A DNA stretch of 64,000 nucleotides from Gemmatimonadota bacterium. Lineage in GTDB: Bacteria; Gemmatimonadota; Gemmatimonadetes; JACCXV01; JAHWKZ01. The notes beneath the pieces were generated by a model. That model ran no database searches and was not told the origin of the DNA. It worked only from the letters and a program-made list of their open reading frames with translations. The translations under genes were made by a program, and so were the position numbers. The stretch spans positions 33,433 through 97,432 of the forward strand of contig DATLFH010000088.1 of NCBI GenBank assembly GCA_035524965.1, read 5' to 3'. Each line of letters begins with the position of its first letter. The stretch's first letter is position 1. This document shows, piece by piece, positions 1 through 8,664 of this stretch.

Positions 1-2
1 CG

Positions 3-116
3 GGATCTCGGAGCGGGTCCGGCGGCGATACCGGGGAGGAGGAAAAGACCGCGGCGGAGCACACGATCTCGGCGGGGCCTCACGATCGGGAGGGAAGACG
101 CGATGACGGAGAGTAA
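3..116 (+). CDS. 3' end of a CDS entering from the left edge (partial, product unknown)
   Basis: Frame 3 is open from base 3 to TAA at 114-116 and overlaps the next start by 14 nt, matching the tight coupling seen across the window. Too short to assign. Confidence 0.4.
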   Translation, partial: GSRSGSGGDTGEEEKTAAEHTISAGPHDREGRRDDGE

Positions 117-576
117 GTTTCGCGAGCGCCGCTCGGCCTTCGTCGAGGAGGACGAGGAGGGGCAGGAGGAGACGGACGAGGCGCTGGCCGCCGAGCCTTC
201 GCCCGCTGAGCCTTCGTCCGCCGGGCCGCCCCCGGCCGCCGCGCCGCGGGCCGGACCCACGGAAACGGGCCCGCTCGGAGCGCGGGAAGAGGACCGCGAC
301 GGGGGAGAGTTCGACCCGCTGGAAGGGATCGAGCTCCCGGAAGCATCCTTCCTCGAGATCGTCCAGTACTTCGCGATCCAGGCGATCCAGTTTCTCGGCG
401 ACATGCCCCTGAACGAGGAGGGAGAGCGACGCGTCATGCCTCGCGAGGCCAAGCACTTCATCGATCTGCTCGGCATCCTGGAGGATCGGACGCGCGGGAA
501 CCTGACCGCCGAGGAAGCGCGCTATCTCGACGGGATTCTCACCGATCTCCGGCTCCGATATTTGCGGATCGGCTGA
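103..576 (+). CDS. DUF1844 domain protein with acidic/Pro-rich N-terminus
   Basis: C-terminal AIQFLGDMP...AKHFIDLLGILEDRTRGNLTAEEARYLDGILTDLRLRY is the DUF1844 pattern. Confidence 0.8.
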   Translation: MTESKFRERRSAFVEEDEEGQEETDEALAAEPSPAEPSSAGPPPAAAPRAGPTETGPLGAREEDRDGGEFDPLEGIELPEASFLEIVQYFAIQAIQFLGDMPLNEEGERRVMPREAKHFIDLLGILEDRTRGNLTAEEARYLDGILTDLRLRYLRIG

Positions 577-972
577 ATGAATGCCGCGGTCCTCGAGACG
601 CGAGCCAGGAGCGCCAGGGAGCAGGCGTACGCCCCCTACTCGGGGTACCGGGTGGGAGCGGCGCTGGAGAGCGAAGACGGCCGGGTGTTCGACGGCTGCA
701 ACGTCGAGAACGCGGCCTATTCGGTGACGTGCTGCGCCGAGCGGGTCGCGCTGTTCGCCGCGGTGGCGGCCGGGGCGCGGCGTTTCCGCCGGCTGGTCGT
801 GTGCGCCGGCGGCCCGGCGCCCTATCCGTGCGGCACGTGCCGGCAGGCGCTGGCCGAGTTCGAGCCCGGACTGCCGATCACCGTGCTGGGGGATGATGGC
901 CACCGGCGCGAGTACACGCTCCGGGAGCTCCTGCCGGAACCCTTCACGATGGAGCCGGGGACAACCTCATGA
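577..972 (+). CDS. cdd: Cytidine deaminase (homotetrameric type)
   Basis: [19 protein letters not shown] and PCGTCRQ zinc motifs. Confidence 0.95.
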   Translation: MNAAVLETRARSAREQAYAPYSGYRVGAALESEDGRVFDGCNVENAAYSVTCCAERVALFAAVAAGARRFRRLVVCAGGPAPYPCGTCRQALAEFEPGLPITVLGDDGHRREYTLRELLPEPFTMEPGTTS

Positions 973-1253
973 AGATGGGTCGCGTGGTGGGTAGCGTCGT
1001 GGCGACGCGGAAGGACGAGAAGCTGACGGGACTCAAGCTCCTCGTCGTCCGCAACCTGGACCTGGAGCTGGGGCCGGAGGGTGGCTACGTGGTCGCGGCC
1101 GACGCGGTCGGTGCGGGGGCCGGCGAGGTCGTGCTCTACGCGACCGGCTCCTCCGCCCGGCAGACGGCGATGACCGACAACCGCCCGGTCGATGCCGTCA
1201 TCATGGCGATCGTGGACGAGTACGACGTCGGTGGCGCGCTGACCCGAACGTGA
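969..1253 (+). CDS. eutN: Bacterial microcompartment vertex (pentamer, BMC-P) protein, EutN/CcmL family
   Basis: [37 protein letters not shown] and [11 protein letters not shown] are the EutN/CcmL motifs; ATGA overlap with cdd. Confidence 0.93.
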   Translation: MKMGRVVGSVVATRKDEKLTGLKLLVVRNLDLELGPEGGYVVAADAVGAGAGEVVLYATGSSARQTAMTDNRPVDAVIMAIVDEYDVGGALTRT

Positions 1254-2488
1254 GAGCCTTCCGCATCGCCGCGCTCCCGCTCCTCTTGGTCAGCTTTATC
1301 GGCTGCACCGATGACAGCCGGAGCCCGGTGGGGGTCGATCTCCTGCCGGGCGGCATCCTCGAGGGGGGGCTCCAGGTGATCACGCTGACCACGCTCGACC
1401 GGGCGGAGGACTTCGAGGTGTTTCCCGCCGGCCGCGGGACGGCCGATCGCCTCGTGACGGCGCGCTCGTGGCCGGAGGAGCCGGGGATCGAGAGCCGCGC
1501 GCTCGTCCGGTTCTCACTGAGCTCCCTGGACACGCTGCCCGAAGGGGCCGAGATCGTCGGCGCCGGCATCCGGCTCGTCTTCGTGCCGGTAGATCAGCCG
1601 ATCACCTTCCATCTCCACGTCATCACGGACTTCTGGAGCGAGGAGGCGGCGACGTGGGAGCGGCGCGACTTCGGGGAGCCGTGGACGACTCCCGGCGGCG
1701 ATTTCGAAGCCGCGCCCGTGGCCACGTTCACGATCCAGCCGACGGCGCCCGACACCGCGCGCGCCGATTCGGTCGCCTTCGCGGATTCGGTCCGGGTCTC
1801 GCTCCCGGCATCCCTGGTCGAGGCGTGGCGGTCGGAGACGACGCTCAACGCGGGGCTGATCCTGATCCAGGAGACGCCCGGGGAGGCGGTCGCCTTTCCT
1901 TCGGCCGCCGGGCTCAACCCGCTCGGGCCGCGGCTCGATGTCGATGTCCTGCTCGAGGACCCCGGCAGCTTGGCCTTCGTCCAGCGGATCCAGGCCGAGG
2001 AGGATACGTTCATCGTCGACGATCCGGGGAGTCTCCCGCCCGGCGGCCTCGCGGTCAGCGCGGGCGATCCCTTGCGCCGAACGTTCCTCGTCCATTCGCT
2101 CGAGGGGGTGCCGCCCGGGGCGACGGTCGTCGAGGCCCAACTGATCGTCTCCCCGGACGGGGTCCGCATTCCCGGCGACTCCCTGTTTCTGTCCCTGAAT
2201 CAGGTGCTGGGGGAGTTCCGGGAAGAGAATACGATCCTCGGCACGACGCTGGGAGTCGTCAGCCTCGCGGCCGGCGAGGCCCCCGACTCGCTCGTCTTCC
2301 AATCGGGCGCGCTGACCAGCCGGGTTCGTCAATGGCTGCGCGATCCGGAGAGCAACGAGGGCGTGATCCTCAGCGTTCAGGACGAGGATACGGCCTTCGG
2401 CGAGGTGCGGCTTTTCGGGCCCGACGCCGCGATCCTTCTTCGGCCACGGATACGCCTCGTTTTGTTTCCGCCTCCGCTCCCATCGTGA
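1250..2488 (+). CDS. Lipoprotein with DNRLRE/CBM96-like beta-sandwich repeats
   Basis: Signal peptide ending FIG-C; SRALVRF...WSEEAATW...PWTTPGGDF resembles DNRLRE-type domains, and a second similar unit follows. Confidence 0.6.
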   Translation: MRAFRIAALPLLLVSFIGCTDDSRSPVGVDLLPGGILEGGLQVITLTTLDRAEDFEVFPAGRGTADRLVTARSWPEEPGIESRALVRFSLSSLDTLPEGAEIVGAGIRLVFVPVDQPITFHLHVITDFWSEEAATWERRDFGEPWTTPGGDFEAAPVATFTIQPTAPDTARADSVAFADSVRVSLPASLVEAWRSETTLNAGLILIQETPGEAVAFPSAAGLNPLGPRLDVDVLLEDPGSLAFVQRIQAEEDTFIVDDPGSLPPGGLAVSAGDPLRRTFLVHSLEGVPPGATVVEAQLIVSPDGVRIPGDSLFLSLNQVLGEFREENTILGTTLGVVSLAAGEAPDSLVFQSGALTSRVRQWLRDPESNEGVILSVQDEDTAFGEVRLFGPDAAILLRPRIRLVLFPPPLPS

Positions 2489-3735
2489 GCCCCTTCGTGG
2501 GTGCCAGCCCGGCGGCTGGGGCGAGCCGGTTCTTTCGCCGAGGGGTTGTGGCGCTGGCGCTGGCGACCGTTCAACCCGCCGCGCCCGCCCTCGCCCAGGA
2601 GAGCGTCTTCAACCTGCCGGGGTTCGGCCTGCCGGCCCCCGGGGAGAGCGTCCGCTCCAGCGCGCTGGGCGGGGCCGGAACCGTACTCTCGGGCGAGGTC
2701 TTCTCGCTCGACAGCCCGGCGCCGCTCGGCCGATTCGAGCGCGCCGGCTTCTACCTCTCGCTCCTGGGCCAGCAGACCGAGGTCGAGGATCGCTCCGCCT
2801 CGGGCACGTTCGAGGACGTCGTGTTCCCGATGGCTCAGGTGGTGGTTCCCGCGGGGGATCTCACCCTGGCGGTCGGCTACTATCAGTTCGTCGACTTCGA
2901 CGCGGCGCTCGAGTCGAGCGTGGTCTTCGAGGCGGAGACCCTGCCGGCCACCCTCGATTCGGAGGGCGGGATCAGCGTCCTTTCTCCCGCGCTGGCGTAC
3001 GCCCTGGATGGTCGCACCTCAGCGGGCGTGTCCTTCGACATCTATCTCGGGTCGCGAGAGGAGATTCGTGCCATCGAGACCCTGGACGCGCTCGGAAGGT
3101 CGCTGTCGACCGCCGACACCCTCGTCCGGGACTTCGCCGGGGCGGGGCTGACCCTGGGAATCGAGCGGGGCCTCGGCGAAGGTCTACGCGTGGGGGCGTC
3201 GTACCGGCTCCGTCCAACGATCACGAGCGAGGTCACCGATGCCTCGGGCGAGGGACTGATCGGGCGCGAGAGCCAGCTCGACCTTCCCGACGAGCTCATG
3301 GTGGCGGCGGCGGCGCGCCTTTCATCGCAGGTCGAGGTCGGGGCTCTCGTCCGAACCTCCGGTTGGGGTGGATTCGAGAGCGACGCCCGCACCGCCGGCG
3401 ACTTCACGAACGCGGTCGAGATCGGCGGCGGCGTGGAGTACGCGCCCCAGTCCAGGACCGCGCTCCTGCTGGGCCCGCAGGCGCCGCTGCGCGCAGGCTT
3501 TCGGTGGCGCCGGCTTCCGGTCGAGGTCGACGGCGAGCCGGTCAGGGAGTGGACCACGAGCCTGGGGCACGGCCGCTCGTTCGGTGGACGCAGCCGGATC
3601 GACCTCGTGCTCGAGTACGGTGAGCGCGGATCGGTCGAAGCGAACGGTCTCTCGGAGCGGTTCCTGCGCTTCGGGGTCGGGGTGGCCGCGTTCGAGCAGT
3701 GGCGGCGCCAGGGAGGCGGAGGCGGGGCGAATTGA
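2485..3735 (+). CDS. Outer-membrane beta-barrel protein, FadL/OmpP1-like
   Basis: True start is GTG 2485, overlapping the upstream TGA (the ORF-track start at 1468 is a shadow extension). Signal peptide ending ALA-Q, SSALGGAG plug motif, alternating beta-strands. Confidence 0.65.
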   Translation: MSPFVGASPAAGASRFFRRGVVALALATVQPAAPALAQESVFNLPGFGLPAPGESVRSSALGGAGTVLSGEVFSLDSPAPLGRFERAGFYLSLLGQQTEVEDRSASGTFEDVVFPMAQVVVPAGDLTLAVGYYQFVDFDAALESSVVFEAETLPATLDSEGGISVLSPALAYALDGRTSAGVSFDIYLGSREEIRAIETLDALGRSLSTADTLVRDFAGAGLTLGIERGLGEGLRVGASYRLRPTITSEVTDASGEGLIGRESQLDLPDELMVAAAARLSSQVEVGALVRTSGWGGFESDARTAGDFTNAVEIGGGVEYAPQSRTALLLGPQAPLRAGFRWRRLPVEVDGEPVREWTTSLGHGRSFGGRSRIDLVLEYGERGSVEANGLSERFLRFGVGVAAFEQWRRQGGGGGAN

Positions 3736-3748
3736 GACGGCGCCCAAA

Positions 3749-3778
3749 TTGACATCCGGCCGGCGCGGTGCCTAACTT
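3749..3778 (+). promoter_or_regulatory. Putative sigma70 promoter for secDF
   Basis: TTGACA (3749-54), 18-bp spacer, TAACTT (3773-78), upstream of the secD ATG at 3815. Confidence 0.6.
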
Positions 3779-3814
3779 GCCGCCCGCTCACTCCTCTTTT
3801 CACAAGCGAAACTC

Positions 3815-5554
3815 ATGCGAAAAAAGCTGCAGATCCGCTGGGCGATCCTCGCCGTCTCCGCCCTGACCGCGCTCTGGTATCTGTGGCCGTCGATCCGCCT
3901 CTACTCGATGTCGCCTGCCGAGCGGGAGGCGATGGAGCAGGCCGATCCGTCGGCCTGGGAGAGCCTCAAGGGCCGCGCGATCAAGCTGGGGCTGGACCTC
4001 CAGGGAGGGATGCACCTCGTGCTCGAGCTCGACGAGTCCGAGCGCGCCTTCACCGATGAGGAGCGGCGGGATGCGGTCGATCGGGCGCTCGAGATCATCC
4101 GCAACCGCGTTGATCAGTTCGGAGTCTCCGAGCCGCTGATCCAGAAGGTCGGAGACGAGCGGATCATCATCGAGCTGCCCGGCATCCAGGACGAGGAGCG
4201 CGCCAAGGAGCTCGTCCAGCAGACCGCCTACCTCGAGTTCCAGATCGTCGTCGAAGGCGATCGGGCCGCGGACGAGATCCGCGCGCTCGATGCGGCCCTG
4301 GCCGGCCGACCCCTGGCCGCGGATACCACGGGGACGGCGGACACTACAGCGGGCGCTGACACCACGGCGGTTGCTGACACCACGGCGGCCGCGGGAACCG
4401 ACACCGTTGCCGCCGACACCGGCGCGCAGACGCTGGGGGAATTCCTGGGGGAGACCCCGCCGGCCGACGCCTCTGCGGCCGCCTTCCCGGGGGCCGAAGA
4501 CCGCCCGTTCTCGTCGCTTCTCCAGGTCGATCCGACCGGCCAGGCGCAGTTCGTCGTGCCCGAAGGCGAGGTGGCGCGCGTGCGCGCGCTGCTGGCCGAT
4601 TCGGCGGCCGCGCGCGAGATCGGTGACGAGATCGAGTGGCTGTGGGGGAGCGGGGCCGACACCTACGCTGACGGCCGATCGTACCGGGCGCTCTGGCTGG
4701 TCGAGAAGGAACCGGTCCTGACCGGTGAGGCGATCGGCACCGCGGCCGCCGGATTCGATCCCCAGTTGACGAATCAGCCGATCGTCTCGCTCGAGATGAC
4801 GCCCGAGGGCTCGACGACGTTCGCCGAGGTGACCGGCCAGCACGTGAACGAGCGCATGGCGATCGTCCTGGATCAGATCGTTCGCATGGCGCCCAACATC
4901 CGACAGCGGATCGTGGGGGGGAACGCCCAGATCGAGGGCTTCGATTCGGTGGAGGAGGCGCGCGACATCGCGATCGTCCTGCGCGCCGGGGCGCTGCCGG
5001 CGCCGCTCGACATCATCGAGGAGCGCACCGTGGGCCCGTCCCTCGGAGCGGATTCGATCCAGCAGGCCCGGCGCGCAGGGCTCATCGCGGTCCTCGTGGT
5101 CGCCGCCTTCATGATCTTCTACTATCGCGCTTCGGGCGCGATCGCGGTCGTCGCCCTGACGCTCAACATGGCGCTCATCATGGCGGCGCTGGCCGGCTTT
5201 GGGGCGACGCTCACCCTGCCGGGGATCGCCGGCCTGATCCTGACCGTGGGCATGGCGGTCGACGCCAACGTGCTCGTGTTCGAGCGAGTGCGAGAGGAGC
5301 TGGCGGTCGGCAAGTCCGTGCGTGCCGCGGTGGAGGCGGGCTACGACCGTGCCTTCGTGACGATCCTCGACGCCCAGATCACGACCCTGATCGCGGCCGC
5401 GGTCCTCTTCCAGTACGGGACCGGACCCATCAAGGGGTTCGCGATCGTCCTCACGATCGGGATCGTGAGCTCGATTTTCACCGCCGTCTTCGTCACGCGC
5501 ACGATCTTCGACACCTGGACGCGGCGCACGAGCGCTCGGAGGCTCAGCATCTGA
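3815..5554 (+). CDS. secD: Protein translocase subunit SecD
   Basis: LGLDLQGG, IIRNRVDQFGVSEP, IIIELPG, LRAGALPAP, GPSLG and AVDANVLVFER motifs. Confidence 0.98.
   Translation: MRKKLQIRWAILAVSALTALWYLWPSIRLYSMSPAEREAMEQADPSAWESLKGRAIKLGLDLQGGMHLVLELDESERAFTDEERRDAVDRALEIIRNRVDQFGVSEPLIQKVGDERIIIELPGIQDEERAKELVQQTAYLEFQIVVEGDRAADEIRALDAALAGRPLAADTTGTADTTAGADTTAVADTTAAAGTDTVAADTGAQTLGEFLGETPPADASAAAFPGAEDRPFSSLLQVDPTGQAQFVVPEGEVARVRALLADSAAAREIGDEIEWLWGSGADTYADGRSYRALWLVEKEPVLTGEAIGTAAAGFDPQLTNQPIVSLEMTPEGSTTFAEVTGQHVNERMAIVLDQIVRMAPNIRQRIVGGNAQIEGFDSVEEARDIAIVLRAGALPAPLDIIEERTVGPSLGADSIQQARRAGLIAVLVVAAFMIFYYRASGAIAVVALTLNMALIMAALAGFGATLTLPGIAGLILTVGMAVDANVLVFERVREELAVGKSVRAAVEAGYDRAFVTILDAQITTLIAAAVLFQYGTGPIKGFAIVLTIGIVSSIFTAVFVTRTIFDTWTRRTSARRLSI
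4319..4423 (+). repeat. Degenerate 18-bp coding repeat in secD encoding (A/T)DT(T/V/G) units
   Basis: Asp codons at 4322, 4340, 4358, 4376 (18-bp period), then 4400 and 4415: ADTTGTADTTAGADTTAVADTTAAAGTDTVAADTG. Confidence 0.85.
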
Positions 5555-5555
5555 G

Positions 5556-6518
5556 ATGATCTGGCTCTTCCGGGACGCGAACTATCCCTTCCTCAAGTAT
5601 CGCAAGTACGGCTACTGGATCTCGGGGCTGCTGACGCTGGCCACGGGGGTCTCGATCGCGCTCCACGGCGGCCTCCGGTACTCGATCGATTTTACCGGCG
5701 GCACGCTCATCCAGCTCGAGTTCGACGAGCCGGTCGAGACCCAGTCGCTGCGCCGGGCGGTGGGCCGGATACCGGGCCTGGAATCAAGCGAGGTCCAGCG
5801 CTTCGGCGATCCGTCGGACGTCGTCATCCGGGCTCAGGTCCCGGAAGGGGCGGAAGAAGACTTCGGCGACCGGATCGAATCCCATCTGAGACAATCGCCC
5901 GAGCTGGCCGGCCGCTCGTTCGACGTCGTGCGCACCGAAGCGGTAGGTCCCAAGATCGGCGAGGAGCTCAAGCGCGACGCCCTGCTGGCGATCCTCTACT
6001 CGCTCGGGCTGATCCTCATCTACGTCGCCTTCCGCTTCGATCTGAAGTTCGGGGTCGCGGCGATCGTCGCCACGGCGCACGACGTCATCCTCTCGCTGGG
6101 GATCTTCTCGCTTGTGAACAAGGAGATCTCGCTGGCCGTCGTCGCGGCGTTTCTCACGATCATCGGTTATTCGCTGAATGATACGATCGTCGTATTCGAC
6201 CGGATCCGGGAGGACCTGAAGCTGATGCGCCGGGAGCCCTACGAGGAGATCGTGAACAGGGCGCTCAACCAGACCCTTTCGCGCACCGTGCTGACCGCAG
6301 GCACGACCCTCGTCGTGCTCGCGTTCCTCTACTTCCTGGGCGGCGAGACGATCCACGATTTCGCGTTCGCGCTGATCATCGGGATCCTCATCGGGACCTA
6401 CTCGTCGATCTACATCGGGGCCCCGCTGGTCGTGGAATGGAAGACGCGGATCGAGGACCCCCGGGCGGAGATGGCCCCCAGGAAGAAAAGGAAGACGCGC
6501 GCCGCAACGCGCGGCTGA
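5556..6518 (+). CDS. secF: Protein translocase subunit SecF
   Basis: SIDFTGG, VGPKIG, GYSLNDTIVVFDRIRE, TLSRT and GTYSSIYI motifs. Confidence 0.98.
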   Translation: MIWLFRDANYPFLKYRKYGYWISGLLTLATGVSIALHGGLRYSIDFTGGTLIQLEFDEPVETQSLRRAVGRIPGLESSEVQRFGDPSDVVIRAQVPEGAEEDFGDRIESHLRQSPELAGRSFDVVRTEAVGPKIGEELKRDALLAILYSLGLILIYVAFRFDLKFGVAAIVATAHDVILSLGIFSLVNKEISLAVVAAFLTIIGYSLNDTIVVFDRIREDLKLMRREPYEEIVNRALNQTLSRTVLTAGTTLVVLAFLYFLGGETIHDFAFALIIGILIGTYSSIYIGAPLVVEWKTRIEDPRAEMAPRKKRKTRAATRG

Positions 6519-6546
6519 TTCACCGCACTGGACCCGGAGTTGAAAG

Positions 6547-7329
6547 ATGGGCGCGGAAAGCGTTCCGGAGAATGTGGGCCGCGAGATCGTCGCGGCCGGC
6601 CGGCGGCTCTACGCCCGAGGCCTGATCGGGGGCTCGGAGGGGAACATCAGCGTCCGGCTGGATGGGGCGCGGGTCATGGCGACCCCGGGCGGCGCGTGCA
6701 AGGGGTTCCTCGAGCCGGACCTGCTCGTCGTGACGGACCTGGAAGGGCGTCGGCTCGCGGGCCGGGAGAACCCCTCGAGCGAGCTCAAGATGCATCTCCG
6801 GATCTACCATCTCCGGGATGACGTCCGCGCGGTCGTCCACGCCCACCCTCCGGCCGCGACCGGCTTCGCGATCGCCGGCCGGCCGCTCGACGAGTGCGTC
6901 GTCCCGGAGGTGATCGCCACCCTGGGCCAGGTCCCGATCGTCCCGTACGGGACGCCGTCGACAGAGGATCTGCCCGAGCGGCTCGCCCCCTACGTGCAGG
7001 CCCACGACGCTCTGCTTCTGGCGAACCATGGCGCGGTCACGTTCGCGCCCACGCTGGCGCGGGCGCTCAATGCCATGGAGTCGATCGAGCAGGCGGCGCG
7101 CTCGATGCTGGTCGCCCATCTGCTGGGACGGATCAACCGGCTCACCCGGGAGGACGTGGACAGCCTTCTTGCGCTCGATGCCTACGGCATGCCGGTGCGA
7201 AACCCCGGCTGCGCGTGGACGGCCGAGGCCGGCCCGGGTGGCGCTGGCGGCCCGGGTGGCGCCGACGATGACCTGCGCCGGCGGATCGCCGGGATCGTCC
7301 GGGAGACGCTGAACGGGACGAAAGGATGA
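6547..7329 (+). CDS. Class II (Zn) aldolase/adducin family protein with C-terminal linker plus amphipathic helix
   Basis: EGNISVR, TPGG, PSSELKMH, VHAHP and NHG metal/phosphate motifs; tail NPGC...GPGGAGGPGG-ADDDLRRRIAGIVRETL. Confidence 0.9.
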   Translation: MGAESVPENVGREIVAAGRRLYARGLIGGSEGNISVRLDGARVMATPGGACKGFLEPDLLVVTDLEGRRLAGRENPSSELKMHLRIYHLRDDVRAVVHAHPPAATGFAIAGRPLDECVVPEVIATLGQVPIVPYGTPSTEDLPERLAPYVQAHDALLLANHGAVTFAPTLARALNAMESIEQAARSMLVAHLLGRINRLTREDVDSLLALDAYGMPVRNPGCAWTAEAGPGGAGGPGGADDDLRRRIAGIVRETLNGTKG

Positions 7330-8219
7330 GGAGCGGGTCGGTCGCGCTGGTGACCGACTCGACGGCCGAGATCCACGCGCTCGATCCCGGCTCCGAGTGG
7401 CACGTCGTCCCGCTCGAGCTCGAGATCGACGGCCGGCGGCTCAAGGAGGGCCCCGAGCTCTCGGCGGACGAGTTTCACCGCCTCTTTCAGCGCGTGAACA
7501 CGGTTCCCGCCACGCTGCCGCCGTCGATCGACGCCTTCGCCTCCGCCTACGCCCCCCTCCTCGCTCGCCACGATGCGGTGCTTTCGATCCACCTCTCGGG
7601 CGGCTTGAGCGACACGGTCCTCCATGCGCGCGAGGCAGCCCGCCGTCTGGGCGCGGCCGACCTCGTCACGATCGTCGACTCGCGCCTGGCGGGGCTCGCG
7701 CTGGGCCTCCTTTGCCGCGAGGCCGAGACCCGGCTCGCGGAGGGAGCGACCGTCGGCGAGACAAAGGCCGATCTGGATCGGATCATCGCCGCCTGCCGGG
7801 TCTACTTCTCGGTGTTCACGCTCGATTTCCTGTATCTGAGCGGCCGGCTCGCACGTTCGAGTCGGCCCGACCAGGCCGCGGCAGGCGCCTCCCACGCGGC
7901 CGATGACCGCCCGATCCTGACGCTTGAGAACGGCCGGCTGTCGCTGGTCGAGCGGGTCATCGGGGAGACGACGCGCGTCCAACGGATCGCGGAGCTGCTG
8001 GAGGGGGAGTATGGGGTCGGCGAGCCGCTGATCGCTGGCTCGGTCCACGCGGGCCGGCGCGGCGACGAGGCGGCGGCCCGGCTCGAGCAGGCGCTCACCG
8101 CCGCGCTGCATCCCGGGACCGCCTGGTACCGAAGCCCGCTGGGTCCCGTGCTCTGCGCCCACACCGGCTTCGATGTCTGCGGGATCGCGGTGTATCCGCG
8201 CCGGCTCTCGAAACTATAG
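7326..8219 (+). CDS. DegV/FakB family lipid-binding protein (divergent)
   Basis: VTDST, VVPLEL, SIHLS, IVDS, TLDFL..SGRL, RPIL and AHTG are DegV-like motifs. Confidence 0.85.
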   Translation: MRSGSVALVTDSTAEIHALDPGSEWHVVPLELEIDGRRLKEGPELSADEFHRLFQRVNTVPATLPPSIDAFASAYAPLLARHDAVLSIHLSGGLSDTVLHAREAARRLGAADLVTIVDSRLAGLALGLLCREAETRLAEGATVGETKADLDRIIAACRVYFSVFTLDFLYLSGRLARSSRPDQAAAGASHAADDRPILTLENGRLSLVERVIGETTRVQRIAELLEGEYGVGEPLIAGSVHAGRRGDEAAARLEQALTAALHPGTAWYRSPLGPVLCAHTGFDVCGIAVYPRRLSKL

Positions 8220-8222
8220 GCG

Positions 8223-8483
8223 CTAGGCGGCTTCGAGCCGGGCCACGTGGGCGCCCAGGCGGGACTTCTGGCGCGCCGCGGCGTTCGCATGGATCACGCC
8301 CTTGCTGGCGAGCCGGTCGAGCAGGCTCTCGGCCCCGCGCAGGGCCGATCGTGCACCATCCGGCGACTCCGCCTGGCGCACCTTCTTGATCGCTGTCCGG
8401 AGGCGGGATCGATCGCGGCGGTTCCTCTCCCGCTGCTTGAGGTTGGTGCGGGCGCGCTTCTCGGCGGATTTGGCTTTCGGCAC
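8223..8483 (-). CDS. rpsT: 30S ribosomal protein S20
   Basis: GTG start at 8483 with AAGAGAGG RBS; KSAEKRARTNLKQRERNR...LDRLASKGVIHANAAARQKSRL. Confidence 0.97.
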   Translation of the reverse strand: MPKAKSAEKRARTNLKQRERNRRDRSRLRTAIKKVRQAESPDGARSALRGAESLLDRLASKGVIHANAAARQKSRLGAHVARLEAA

Positions 8484-8516
8484 GGTTCCTCTCTTGATGA
8501 TGTCGATATCGCTGTG

Positions 8517-8545
8517 AAGATAGAAGCCGGTCGGGGGGGCGGCAA
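8517..8545 (-). promoter_or_regulatory. Putative sigma70 promoter for rpsT
   Basis: Minus strand TTGCCG-17 bp-TATCTT. Confidence 0.55.
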
Positions 8546-8579
8546 CGTGCGCCGAAGAGATTTGCGATGCCCGGCCGCT

Positions 8580-8609
8580 TTGACACGCGCCTTCGGGCAG
8601 GACTACTTT
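8580..8609 (+). promoter_or_regulatory. Putative sigma70 promoter for the S2P-trpS-scpAB-rluB operon
   Basis: TTGACA (8580-85)-18 bp-TACTTT (8604-09), divergent from the rpsT promoter. Confidence 0.6.
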
Positions 8610-8664
8610 CTGCCACTCACCCCGTCCGCAACAACGTCCGCAACCACAACGAAAACACCGCCCC

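Noticed and set aside
1468-2484. Long upstream extensions and antisense ORFs in the six-frame track (e.g. 1468, 8247, 13404, 21252 minus, 48555 minus, 59141)
   Set aside because: High-GC shadow frames; Arg/Gly/Pro-rich with no motifs and overlapping well-supported genes.
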